The notes: generated by a model from the sequence alone, not told the origin. Shown: positions 27,521 through 37,083, counted from the stretch's first letter. The stretch: DNA of 64,000 nt from Candidatus Binatia bacterium (GCA_963666515.2 OY762897.2:2400001-2464000); one strand, 5' to 3'. Program-made: numbers and translations.

Positions 27521-29086
27521 TTACGACCGTCTAAATCGTTCCGTCTCCCGTCCTTGGGTGTTTGCCAACGGCAAGGACACTCCTCCTCGAGGCAGATCGC
27601 GTTCCCATATGCTCTTTCTGAGGCACTCGGTCGAAGGCGATAGGCCCTTGGCATATACGACATTGAGAATTGCTGGATCCTGCGCCAAATGGTTCTTGTT
27701 GGCTAGACGCGCTTCCCTAATCAGATAGATTCCCGCCCGCGCCGCGAGGTCGGAATTTCTCGCATCGTGCGCCATAGCTATGGCTCGCCGATAGTGGTGT
27801 TCGCCTTCTTCCAACCGGCCGCGGCGGAAGGCGATTAATCCCTCGGTCGCGGTGACACATATCCGGGGGGTTACGTTCTGGGCCGCACCTTGATTCTTGG
27901 CCACTTTTATGTCCGCCTCAGCCTCGTCGAGCCTGCCGACAGTGGCTAGGGCGAAGGCCCGGTTGTTCAGAAGCGGGAGGTGTCTCGGATTCGCCATGAG
28001 GCCGGCATCGGCAGCCTGGACAGCACCCTCATGATCGCCCAAGTGCGTGGCACGCAAGGATGACAGGGCTACGGCCGGCGTCGAGGCGAAGGGCTCCTCG
28101 TGGTACCAGGCTTTACATGCCGTTTCGGCCTCTCGCCACTGAAGCCTTGCGAAGGCATCACGGGCGCAGGCCTCCGCCGATCCTTTCAAGGCGTCAGGGC
28201 TTGGCACACGAATCAACTTATCGACGTCTCGGGCGGCCCACACCGTCTGCGCGAGACCCAACTCGGCGGGATCGACCACAGCAAGCTGGAACAATTTCCG
28301 CGCCAACCGATGTTTTCCGGCGGCTAGCTCAGCAGTGGCCACGGCCGCCGCGAGCTCGGAGACTTGAAACGGCGGCCGGCCTCCATGCTCAACCACTGCC
28401 AGGGCTCGGCGTACGAAGTGCGAGTGTTTACCAACGAGTTGAGAAAGACCGATTTCCGGTGCCATGAGCCAAGGGTCGGCGAGAAGAAGGGCAGGATCAC
28501 GCCGCAATGTGGCGAGCGCCTGCTCGGGTTTACCCATGTGTTGATAGAGACGGGCCTCGGCGCGGAGGATGAGTCGGTTCGAGGCTCCGGCAAGGCCTCG
28601 CGCTACGGTAAGCGCCCGTTTCGCCTTGGAATATTGTCCGCAGGAAGAGTGGGCCAACGCGAGGTCGAGCCATGCGAATCCGCTCTCACGAACATAGGGG
28701 TCGGCGATGCGGAACGCGTGGATGTCGTCCTTTGTAAGGGAGGTCGGCGTAGGGTGATCGACCGCCAGACCGAGGCAGCTATCGATCAGCCGACGGCCGC
28801 CGCCTAGGTTCTCGCCATAGTGGGCGAGGAATCCGGCTGCTTCCCGGGCCCTTTCAGGTACACCCTCCACCACTGCAATAGCGACGGCTTCGGCTGCGTA
28901 GGGAGCTGCACGATGCTGTCGGAATTCTTCCATAGCGCGCATAAGACCCACTTGCCGCACCTTGCCAAGTGGAGCGGTCTCTGTACTCTTCTCGGCGGTC
29001 AATGCCTCACCGAGCTGGACTGATCGGCCGACCGGTCTCCAACGAGGTATTATGTTCCGAGCCATTTCGCGGCCATCCAATTGCAT
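27521..29086 (-). CDS. TPR-repeat protein with N-terminal IIPRWR motif
   Basis: All-helical. AWLDLALAHSSCGQYSKAKRAL, WYHEEPFAS.P, LLNNRAFALA..GRLDEA, ATEGLIAFRRG..EEG...YRRAI. Confidence 0.75.
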   Translation of the reverse strand: MQLDGREMARNIIPRWRPVGRSVQLGEALTAEKSTETAPLGKVRQVGLMRAMEEFRQHRAAPYAAEAVAIAVVEGVPERAREAAGFLAHYGENLGGGRRLIDSCLGLAVDHPTPTSLTKDDIHAFRIADPYVRESGFAWLDLALAHSSCGQYSKAKRALTVARGLAGASNRLILRAEARLYQHMGKPEQALATLRRDPALLLADPWLMAPEIGLSQLVGKHSHFVRRALAVVEHGGRPPFQVSELAAAVATAELAAGKHRLARKLFQLAVVDPAELGLAQTVWAARDVDKLIRVPSPDALKGSAEACARDAFARLQWREAETACKAWYHEEPFASTPAVALSSLRATHLGDHEGAVQAADAGLMANPRHLPLLNNRAFALATVGRLDEAEADIKVAKNQGAAQNVTPRICVTATEGLIAFRRGRLEEGEHHYRRAIAMAHDARNSDLAARAGIYLIREARLANKNHLAQDPAILNVVYAKGLSPSTECLRKSIWERDLPRGGVSLPLANTQGRETERFRRS

Positions 29087-29104
29087 TGCGGTCTCTTTTC
29101 CAAT

Positions 29105-30250
29105 CTAGGCTGGTAGCGGCGACGGGCGCTTGAGACGCACCGACGCTTTCTTGCGTAGCAAGTCAAACCCGCTTATGAAGCGGGCGAGCCCGTAAGGTTG
29201 TTCGACGCCAATACGGTTTCGGCGATGACCGCGGCGTGCTGGATTCGGGTGACAGAGTTGATAGGTGAAATCGGTGTGGTCGTGCGCGATCTCGGGGGTG
29301 AGACGCCGGCTCATGTGAGTCTTGAACTCAGTCATCATGGCGCTGTATGCGTGTTCAAGGTGGGGAAGCACGGACTTAAAATCCCCGTACCAACCGCCCT
29401 GACAACGACGAGGCCGCATGCCGATAGAAAGACGATCTATAAGATCAGCGGTAGGGTTACCAAGACCGAAAAGGAAGAAGCTTAGGCTGCCGAGGTGATA
29501 GAGGTCCACGGCTAGCCGAGCTTCGCCCCACTCGGCCGCGCGGTAGCCGTAGAGGAGCTCTGGAGGGCTATAGTGGGGGTCACCGAATACAGTAAGGTCA
29601 TTCAGTTCGGGATGGGGACGATGCTGTCCGGTTGCCGATCCGACATCGCCGATCTTGCTAATCCCCTCGGTTTCGAAATGCATCACGTTGGATGGTTTTG
29701 TGTCCTGATGGGCGACACCGACGCCGTGGAGTTGGGCCAAGGCGGCTGCAACGTCTTTGAGGCAGTTGAACCGCCAAGCGTCGTTGATGCCCTCCGCTAG
29801 GCTGAGGTAAGCACGAACGTCGCCATCGGCCATTTCGAAGATGAGGTAATCGACGCGAGGAACTGGAAACTGACCATCTACCTCGACGCCGTTGGCCTCC
29901 AGCACGCGGACAACACGACTGAGCCTGTGTCGCTGGCAGAGGTCATATAGGAGGTCTCGTTCGAAGAGGTAGCGGTTGGTCATGGTAGCGAGCACATCTG
30001 GCGTGTGTGGTGTGCGAAAGGCCATATGATAGTCGAGCGCCTTCAGGAAAGCCGTTCGACCGTCAGCACTTTTGACCTCATATCCGAAGGAAAAGGTGGA
30101 CCCGCTTAGAGGTGCCGCGCCGTTCAGTTGATCACGGTCTCTTAAGATGCGGATAACTCGCCAGCCGCCAGGGAGTTCGGTCCCCTCAAGGGAAGCGGCA
30201 GCGACAAGCTCGCCGTCGATTGTGACCGGGTTCGGAATGTTGATCTTCAT
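29105..30250 (-). CDS. Hanks-type Ser/Thr protein kinase
   Basis: ATG at 30250 overlaps the upstream stop (ATGA). GSTFSFGY loop, AFLKALD, YLIFEMADGD, HQDTKPSN, KIGDVG, GDPHYSPPE, DLYHLGS. Confidence 0.88.
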   Translation of the reverse strand: MKINIPNPVTIDGELVAAASLEGTELPGGWRVIRILRDRDQLNGAAPLSGSTFSFGYEVKSADGRTAFLKALDYHMAFRTPHTPDVLATMTNRYLFERDLLYDLCQRHRLSRVVRVLEANGVEVDGQFPVPRVDYLIFEMADGDVRAYLSLAEGINDAWRFNCLKDVAAALAQLHGVGVAHQDTKPSNVMHFETEGISKIGDVGSATGQHRPHPELNDLTVFGDPHYSPPELLYGYRAAEWGEARLAVDLYHLGSLSFFLFGLGNPTADLIDRLSIGMRPRRCQGGWYGDFKSVLPHLEHAYSAMMTEFKTHMSRRLTPEIAHDHTDFTYQLCHPNPARRGHRRNRIGVEQPYGLARFISGFDLLRKKASVRLKRPSPLPA

Positions 30251-31260
30251 GGCGTCTTCTCCGAGTAAGCGCGTTCGAGCCTGTCGCTGAGCCGACGCAT
30301 GAATGCAGGCAGTGCGGAAAGCGACGGATCCGGTAGCTCCATACCCAGGTAATGCCTGGCGATCCACGCCGCTTCCTGTGCTTGCGCATAGTCACGGGAG
30401 CGCTTGACGGGCTCGCGGTCGGCACGCTCCGAAACCCAAACTTTGTGTAGCGCGAAAGCACGTGGGTCAACGCACCAGCACCGAAGCGGGAAGCCGTCTT
30501 CGCCGATTACGACGCCGTTCACCTTTGGAGCGTTAACGAGCCACTCGAGACCCTCGATGCCGACGCCGATCAGATCTTCTGGGTTGGTGCCAGCGTCCAT
30601 GACCACATAAGGGTCTTCGACTGGGCGAATCAGATCAACCATGAAGCCTTCTCGGTTAATGGCTCGAAAGAACTGCCGACGGCTGCGCTGGAACGAGCGG
30701 TCAGCGCGCCTGAGGTAGCCGATTACCCCTGAGTGGCGGAAGTCTTTAACTGCCAGGATCAGACTTTGGCGGGCATCCCACAGGAGGTCGACGTCGACGG
30801 TCGCAAGCAGATCGCTTGTCAGGTGGACGCCCGCCAGAGCCTCGTAAAGGAAAAGGCTGTTCGTACCGATGACGAAAATGTTTTGCCCGAGAACCTGCGC
30901 GGCCGCGAGGTGACGGAGAATTCGGCTAGTAATGCGCGGAACGCGGTTCAGGCGAAGCGCACGGTTTACGGGCGCCATCTCTCTGAGACGCGCGCGTAGC
31001 GCGTGGCATCGTTTCCGCTCTGTGTCACGGCCGCTGCGGAACGCGCGGTAAATCTCCTCTGTCTCGTCGGTCTTTCGGCCAAGCGAGATTTCGCTGCTGG
31101 CTTTTTTTCGCAACAGGTAAAGATGGCCCTTCCGTTCGACCCACCGCATAGAGCCAACGAAACGCTGGGCGAGCTCAGCCTTTGATTCTTCCCACGCCTC
31201 GAAGGTCTGGACCACATCGACGAACTGTCGTCTTTGGGCGTTGTTGAGCTCTGCGAGCAT
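30247..31260 (-). CDS. GSU2403-family nucleotidyltransferase-fold protein
   Basis: GSMRW....G..YL, SLGRK..ETE, FVIGTNSLFLYEALAGV, ATVDVDLLWD, VDPRAFALHK.W...R.DR.P.KR.RD..QA. Confidence 0.85.
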   Translation of the reverse strand: MLAELNNAQRRQFVDVVQTFEAWEESKAELAQRFVGSMRWVERKGHLYLLRKKASSEISLGRKTDETEEIYRAFRSGRDTERKRCHALRARLREMAPVNRALRLNRVPRITSRILRHLAAAQVLGQNIFVIGTNSLFLYEALAGVHLTSDLLATVDVDLLWDARQSLILAVKDFRHSGVIGYLRRADRSFQRSRRQFFRAINREGFMVDLIRPVEDPYVVMDAGTNPEDLIGVGIEGLEWLVNAPKVNGVVIGEDGFPLRCWCVDPRAFALHKVWVSERADREPVKRSRDYAQAQEAAWIARHYLGMELPDPSLSALPAFMRRLSDRLERAYSEKTP

Positions 31261-31290
31261 AGTCTACCCTACTAGGTTGTATTACCGCTA

Positions 31291-31332
31291 GTTTCCACTA
31301 TATCTGGAGATTTCTCGAAGTGTAGAGGAAAC
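31291..31332. promoter_or_regulatory. 42-bp imperfect inverted repeat upstream of the NTase-kinase-TPR operon
   Basis: GTTTCCACTATATCTGGAGA-TT-TCTCGAAGTGTAGAGGAAAC. Confidence 0.6.
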
Positions 31333-31440
31333 CAAAGGGTATTGCAAGTAAAATAGTCGCAACTTATTGAGATAACTTTGATTCCCACTTTGAAGATTGA
31401 TTTTGTCTAAGGAAGGGGAAACCGGTCCGGCGGATCGTGC

Positions 31441-31493
31441 CCTTCGACTTCGCTCGGCTGGGCCTCGCTACGCTCAGGACGAACGAAAAATGG
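31441..31493. repeat. REP-like element, family B
   Basis: CCTTCGACTTCGCT...CGCTACGCTCAGGACGAACG; related copies at 34061 and 39191. Confidence 0.75.
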
Positions 31494-31521
31494 GTGACCC
31501 ACCTTTCCCGAGCCCCTTTCC

Positions 31522-34053
31522 TCACGCATCCGCATGGCACAGCTCGTTGGCCGGCGTGCGGCTGGCGCGAAACGCCGGGTAGAGGCTCGCCAGCACTGCA
31601 GCGCACACGATGGCGATGGCCTCCCCGGCCAGGGGCAGCCACGGCCAGGTCCACTCGATGCTCCAGCCGAAGTAGCTCTTCTGGATGACGAAGATCAGCA
31701 CCGCGCCGAGGCCGATGCCGCCGGCGAAGCCCAGGGACAGGCCCAGGAAGGCCATGGCGGCGCCCTTGCTGACGAACAGCAGGAACACTTGGCGGCGGAA
31801 GGCCCCTAATGTGCGGTAGAGGGCGATCTCGCCGGCCTTCTCCTGGGCCACCACGAGCAGCGTGAGGGTGATGGCGCAGGCGGCGATGATCAGGCTCATG
31901 ACCTGGAGGATGCTCGTGACCGCGAAGGTCTGGTCGAAAACGTGCAGCACGTCGTCCTTGAGGCGCCGGTTGCTGCGCACGCGCAGGGAGCCCTGAGGAT
32001 GGCGGCTCTCGATGGCTGCGGCCACGGCCTCGGGGTCGGCGCCGGGCTTCAGGTGGAGGGCGATGCTGGTGAGGGATCCGGCGCCGAGGGCTTCGGCCAT
32101 GAGGTCCAGGTCCATGGTGACGGAGCCACCTTCGGTGTAGTCGCGGTAGATGCCCGACACCGGGAGCCGCACCGGTCCCAGCGGGCCTTCGATCTCCACC
32201 GCGCCGCCCACCGCGAGGGCAGCGCTGCGGGACAGCGGCTCGCCCACGAGGACGCCGCGTTCCCGGAGCGCCCGCGCCGCGGCGTCGCCGCCGGAAAGGA
32301 GCCCCAGGCGGCGCTGCTCGGCCGGACGGTCCAGGTCCACACCCACCACCGCCACGCGCCGCCCGCCCACGGGCAGGAACAGGCGGCGCAGCGGATCGAC
32401 GCCCCGCACCTCGGGCGCGCGCGCCAGCCGCTCCACGAGATCGGCGCCGAGGGTCGCCTGCGGCCCGGCCCTCGCGCCGACGGTGGCGGTGACGTACACG
32501 TCGGCGCGCAGCGACCGGTCCACCCAGCGCACCAGGGTTTCGCGGAAGCTCTCCACCAGCAAGGTGATGCCCACCAGCAGGCACACGGCCATGGACAGGG
32601 ACGACACCGAGAACGAGGTGTTGGCCAGGGTGGCGCCGAGGCTGCGGACGCCGTAGCGGAAGCCGAAGTCCGGCACCCGCACGCGCCGGGTGAGGCGCTG
32701 CACCAGCCAGGGGGCGAGCAGCGGCAGGCACAGCATCATGGCGGTGGAGAGGACGAACCCGGCCGGGCGCCAGCGCCAGCCCACGAGCCAGTACCAGGCC
32801 AGCGCCCCGGCCACCAGCGCGAGGCCGGCGCGGAACAGCGCGCGGGCGCGGGCGATCCCCGCGGACTGCGCCGGGTAGGTGTCCAGCAGCGTCCGCGTGT
32901 CCCGGCGCCAGACGTCCAGGGCCGGCAGCAGCGTGCCGCTCAGAGCGCCTCCCAGGCCGGCGAACACCGCCAGGGCCAGGGTGCCGCCGGAGACCTCCAG
33001 CGACTGGATTTCCCGGAGCATGTAGATGTTGGTCAGGGTGGAGCTTACCGCGTCCAGGTTCCAGATGGCGGTCCAGTAGCCCGCGACGATGCCGATGGCG
33101 ACGCCCAGCACTCCGAGCAGCGCGGCCTCGCCCAGGATGAGGGCCAGCACCTGGGCCGGGGTGGAGCCCAGGGAACGCAGCACCCCGAACTCCCGGCGCT
33201 GCCACACCAGGCACGCGCGCATGCTGCTGAACACCAGGAACGTGCCCACCAGCAGGCTCACCATGCTGAGGGCGGTGAGGTTGAGGCGGAAGGCGCCCAG
33301 GAGCTGCCGCGCCTGCCCGGTGCGCTCCGACGGCGTGACCGCGTCCACCCGGCCGCCAAGGCGATCCTCGATACGCAACGCCAGGGCCGCGAGATCGGCG
33401 CCCTCGGCGGCCTCCACGCCGATGCGATGGAGGGCGCCGGCGCCGCCGAACAGGGCTTGGGCCTCGGCAATGTCCATCACCAGGGCGCGGCGGCCTCCCC
33501 CCGCTCCCCAACGCTGGAAGTCCACCAGCGCGCCGACGTGGAGCGCCCGGACGTTGGCGCCGTCACGCACCTCGATGCGGTCGCCGACGGACCATCCCAT
33601 GGCCGCGGCCAGCTCCGGGGTGACCGCCGCCCAGCCCCGGCTGCGCGCGGCGACACCGGCCTCGGTTTCCGGAGGGAGCCCGGACAGCGCGTCCCAGAAG
33701 TCCGGGGAAGGCGCCAGCAGGTCGATGCCCAGGAGCCGCGCGAACGTGCCGGGCCGGCGCTCCAACGACACGGTGGTCTCGAAGACCGGCCAGGCCGCGG
33801 CCACCCCCGGCGTGCCCCGGACCAACGGATAGAACGCGTCCGGCAGGGTGCCGCCCTTGCCGGTGACGGCGACGTCCGCGGCGCCGCCGATGGTGCGAAC
33901 GCCGGCGGCGAACGAGGCCACCGCGCTCTGGTTCAGGATGCGGATGCTGATGACGGAAGCCACCCCCAAGGCCACACCCAGAACGGTCAGGGCGTAGAGC
34001 ACCGGGTTGGTGCGCCAGTGGGCCGATACGGTCTTGCAGAAATAGCGTATCAA
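31522..34053 (-). CDS. FtsX/MacB-like ABC permease (AttF/G-like, duplicated domains)
   Basis: LTVLGVALGVASV, AFRLNLTALS.VSLLVG.FL, GVLRSLG, FDQTFAVT..L, EIALYRTLGA. Confidence 0.9.
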   Translation of the reverse strand: MIRYFCKTVSAHWRTNPVLYALTVLGVALGVASVISIRILNQSAVASFAAGVRTIGGAADVAVTGKGGTLPDAFYPLVRGTPGVAAAWPVFETTVSLERRPGTFARLLGIDLLAPSPDFWDALSGLPPETEAGVAARSRGWAAVTPELAAAMGWSVGDRIEVRDGANVRALHVGALVDFQRWGAGGGRRALVMDIAEAQALFGGAGALHRIGVEAAEGADLAALALRIEDRLGGRVDAVTPSERTGQARQLLGAFRLNLTALSMVSLLVGTFLVFSSMRACLVWQRREFGVLRSLGSTPAQVLALILGEAALLGVLGVAIGIVAGYWTAIWNLDAVSSTLTNIYMLREIQSLEVSGGTLALAVFAGLGGALSGTLLPALDVWRRDTRTLLDTYPAQSAGIARARALFRAGLALVAGALAWYWLVGWRWRPAGFVLSTAMMLCLPLLAPWLVQRLTRRVRVPDFGFRYGVRSLGATLANTSFSVSSLSMAVCLLVGITLLVESFRETLVRWVDRSLRADVYVTATVGARAGPQATLGADLVERLARAPEVRGVDPLRRLFLPVGGRRVAVVGVDLDRPAEQRRLGLLSGGDAAARALRERGVLVGEPLSRSAALAVGGAVEIEGPLGPVRLPVSGIYRDYTEGGSVTMDLDLMAEALGAGSLTSIALHLKPGADPEAVAAAIESRHPQGSLRVRSNRRLKDDVLHVFDQTFAVTSILQVMSLIIAACAITLTLLVVAQEKAGEIALYRTLGAFRRQVFLLFVSKGAAMAFLGLSLGFAGGIGLGAVLIFVIQKSYFGWSIEWTWPWLPLAGEAIAIVCAAVLASLYPAFRASRTPANELCHADA

Positions 34054-34060
34054 ACAGCGT

Positions 34061-34129
34061 CCTTCGACTTCGCTTCGCTACGCCTGTCCTGAGCCCTGAG
34101 CCTTGTCGGGAAGGGCTCTGGACGAACGG
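34061..34129. repeat. REP-like element, family B, with nested insertion
   Basis: CCTTCGACTTCGCTTCGCTACG-CCTGTCCTGAGCC...GAAGGG-CTCTGGACGAACGG. Confidence 0.65.
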
Positions 34130-34150
34130 TTTCGATGGCCTTTTTCCGTT

Positions 34151-34831
34151 TCACGGTTCCAGGATGCCGCTGTGGAGCCGCAGGGTGCGGTCCGCCATGG
34201 CCGCCAGCTCGCGGCTGTGGGTGGCGTAGACCAGGGTGGCGCCCTCCTCCGCCACCATCTCCAGCATGAGGTCCATCACCCCCTGCCCGCTGGCGTCGTC
34301 CAGGCTGCCGGTGGGCTCGTCCGCCAGCAGCAGGCGGGGCCGGCGCAGCAGCGCCCGGCAGATGGCTACCCGCTGCATCTCGCCGCCGCTCAACCCGGCC
34401 ACCGGATCATCGGCCCGGTCGGGCAGGTCCACCCGATCCAGGAGCGCCGCCACCCGCTCCCGGTAGTCCCGCTCCCGCACTCCTGCGATGAGGTCCGGCA
34501 AGGCCACGTTGTCCCGCACGCTCAGGTGGGGAAGCAGGTGGAAAAGCTGGAAGACGAAGCCGATGTCGCGCCGGCGGAGCCGGGTGCGGTCGGTCTCGCC
34601 GAGCCCTTCGAGGGGCGTGCCGTGCACCGCCACCGAACCGTGCGTAGGCACGTCGATGCCGGCCGCCAGGTGCAGCAGCGTGGACTTGCCGCTGCCGCTG
34701 CGGCCGACGATGGCCACGGTCTTGCCCGAGGCGATCTCGAAGGAGACGTCGCGCAGGGCGTAACGCTCCGCGGAGCCCGCCCCGTCGTACACTTTCGAGA
34801 CGCCGGCGAAGGCGAGCGCAGGCTGGTCCAT
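34151..34831 (-). CDS. ABC transporter ATP-binding protein (LolD-like)
   Basis: GRSGSGKST, IGFVFQ, LSGGEMQRVAICRA, LLADEPTGSLD, ATHS. Confidence 0.93.
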   Translation of the reverse strand: MDQPALAFAGVSKVYDGAGSAERYALRDVSFEIASGKTVAIVGRSGSGKSTLLHLAAGIDVPTHGSVAVHGTPLEGLGETDRTRLRRRDIGFVFQLFHLLPHLSVRDNVALPDLIAGVRERDYRERVAALLDRVDLPDRADDPVAGLSGGEMQRVAICRALLRRPRLLLADEPTGSLDDASGQGVMDLMLEMVAEEGATLVYATHSRELAAMADRTLRLHSGILEP

Positions 34832-35727
34832 CACCGCGCGCCGAGGACGTGGCGCAAACCCTCTTCCAGGGACCCGTGGCGGAACGCGTACCCGGACTCC
34901 ATCAGGCGGGCGGGCTTGACCCGGGTGCTGGCCAGCAGCAAGGCGTCGGCCATCTCGCCGAAGGCCAGCCGGGCGGCGAACCCGGGCATGGGGAACAGGG
35001 TGGGCCGCCGCAGCACGCGCCCGAGGGTCCTGGTGAACTCGCCGTTGGTCACCGGCGCCGGCGCCACAACGTTCACGGGTCCGGCCGCCGATTCGGCGGC
35101 CAGCAGGTGGCCGATGGCCGCTGCGGTGTCGTCCAGGGTGATCCAGCTCATGTATTGCCGGCCGTCGCCGATGTTGCCGCCGGCGCCGAGCCTGAAGGGC
35201 GTCAGCATCTTCGCCAGCGCGCCGCCGTCCTGGCTGAGCACGATACCCAGCCGGGCGTGGACCACGCGGATGCCCTTCCCTTCCACCGCCTCGGTGGCCG
35301 CCTCCCACTCGCGGCACACCTCGGAGAGGAAGCCGGAGCCCGCCGGACTCTCCTCGGTCAGCTCCTCGTCGCCGCGGTCGCCGTAGAGACCGATGGCCGA
35401 GGCCGACACCAGCACCCGCGGCGGCCGCACCAGGCGGGCGAGGGTCTCGGCCAGCAGGCGCGTGCCGTTTATGCGGCTCTCCTTGATGCGCCGTTTCCTG
35501 GCCTCGGTCCAGCGTCCGGCCGCGATGTTCTCGCCGGCCAGGTGGACCACGCCGTCGAAACCCTCCAACTCGCCCGCCTCCAGCACGACAGCATCCGGGT
35601 CCCAGCGGACGTCGCCGTCCGCTGGCGCGGACCGTCCCAGCCGCGCCACCTCATGCCCTCCGGCCTCCAGACACGGGACCAGGGCGCTGCCCACCAGTCC
35701 CGACGCTCCGGTCACGAGTATCTTCAT
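34831..35727 (-). CDS. TIGR01777 family NAD-dependent epimerase (YfcH-like)
   Basis: MKILVTGASGLVG, VVHLAGENI, SASAIG.YG, FLSEVCREWE, GDGRQYMSWI. Confidence 0.92.
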   Translation of the reverse strand: MKILVTGASGLVGSALVPCLEAGGHEVARLGRSAPADGDVRWDPDAVVLEAGELEGFDGVVHLAGENIAAGRWTEARKRRIKESRINGTRLLAETLARLVRPPRVLVSASAIGLYGDRGDEELTEESPAGSGFLSEVCREWEAATEAVEGKGIRVVHARLGIVLSQDGGALAKMLTPFRLGAGGNIGDGRQYMSWITLDDTAAAIGHLLAAESAAGPVNVVAPAPVTNGEFTRTLGRVLRRPTLFPMPGFAARLAFGEMADALLLASTRVKPARLMESGYAFRHGSLEEGLRHVLGAR

Positions 35728-35855
35728 CTGCGGGCCTCCCTTCGCCGCCGGCCATGCCATCGGCGGTGCCTTGGATCACGAGTTCTCTTGTCAATCTCCA
35801 TATTGTACACTATACAGCAGCCGCCAGCGCTTCGCCGAACTGGGTGGGCAATTCA

Positions 35856-36653
35856 ATGAGCATGAACGCGGACACGATGGCGATGAAACAGGAGAAGCCC
35901 AGGAAGAGGACAGGTATCCAGCCTCTCGAGGGAACCAGCTACGGAGACGGTATCGTCCTCGGAAAGACTGAACGGTACAGGCCCGTGAAGGAGTGGAAAC
36001 CCTCCGCCCGGCTCTTCGAAGGCAACAGGAAACAGGACGATATGGTGAAGTTCTTCACCAAGCTGTTGAAAGCGGGTGAGGTCACTGTTTCCACCCTGAA
36101 GCGAATGCTCAAGGAGCACGGAGGCGAGAACGTCAGCCTCATTCAGCGTCGGCTGAACTGGTTCTCCTGGGGTCGCTACGACAAGCACAACTGGCACCTG
36201 ACCGTGAAGCAGGTGAACGGCAAGCCTTCTCAAGCGGACAAGGTTCGCTTCCACCAGATCGAGGACACGCACGAGGCGATCATTGCCGTCCTCAGACGGT
36301 CAGGACGAGGTGATGTTGCCGATCGCCTGGTCTACCTCCGCTGCTTGGCCAGGGAGGATCCCGACGAGGCTCCCATGGATCTCGATTCATTACGGGCGAT
36401 GGCCCATCTCCTGATGAGCGAACGACAACTGCCAAATCCGCGGACCAGCGTCACGTCAGATGGATTCGTCCATATTGAGTGGCGTTTCCCGACCAACGGT
36501 ATCCTTGCCATGGTGTTCCTGCCCTCCGACCTGATTCAGTTTGCAGCCGTCTCTGTCCCGGCCAACCAGGGGACCGAGCAACTGACCGTGAATGGTAAGC
36601 TGCCCAGGGACAGAGCTCTTGCAGCCGTCCGGCAATTCACCTCCTCTCTGTAG
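35856..36653 (+). CDS. Hypothetical protein, putative antitoxin/partner
   Basis: Open 265-codon frame; C-terminal LPNP.TSVTSDGFVHIEWRF segment; 4 nt upstream of the next gene. Confidence 0.6.
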   Translation: MSMNADTMAMKQEKPRKRTGIQPLEGTSYGDGIVLGKTERYRPVKEWKPSARLFEGNRKQDDMVKFFTKLLKAGEVTVSTLKRMLKEHGGENVSLIQRRLNWFSWGRYDKHNWHLTVKQVNGKPSQADKVRFHQIEDTHEAIIAVLRRSGRGDVADRLVYLRCLAREDPDEAPMDLDSLRAMAHLLMSERQLPNPRTSVTSDGFVHIEWRFPTNGILAMVFLPSDLIQFAAVSVPANQGTEQLTVNGKLPRDRALAAVRQFTSSL

Positions 36654-36657
36654 CCCG

Positions 36658-37083
36658 ATGCGAAACGAGCCGCTTCCCGATGAGCACCATGTCGCACGGT
36701 ATTGCAAACCATCAAGCGTTGAGGACGGAGTGCCGTCGGCAGAGGCCTTCATGTTGAAACAGGATGAGGAGTACCTCTCGGTCAACTGGCTCGAATACTT
36801 CAACGCGCCGGACCTGACCGCCGCTGTGGAGCGCATTCGAGAGACTTTCCGCAACAAACGTTACCAAGTGCGACGGAATGCCCGGTTTACGGTACTCAAC
36901 GTCGAGGCCGCCAAGCACGCCATCCACGGGGCCACGAAAACCATGCCCGCGATCAAACATTTGCCCTCTCGGAATGACCCGTCCCACGCTGGTATCTTCG
37001 CAGGCACGGCAGAAAACCTTGCCCTCGCCGTACAACTTGCCGCGCTCGTGACTCCCGAGAATGTGCACGCTGCAATACCTTGA
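36658..37083 (+). CDS. Hypothetical protein, putative ART/RES-like toxin
   Basis: VARY...AF...YLSVNW...NDPSHAGI spacing resembles the R-S-H pattern of ART-like small toxins. Confidence 0.6.
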   Translation: MRNEPLPDEHHVARYCKPSSVEDGVPSAEAFMLKQDEEYLSVNWLEYFNAPDLTAAVERIRETFRNKRYQVRRNARFTVLNVEAAKHAIHGATKTMPAIKHLPSRNDPSHAGIFAGTAENLALAVQLAALVTPENVHAAIP

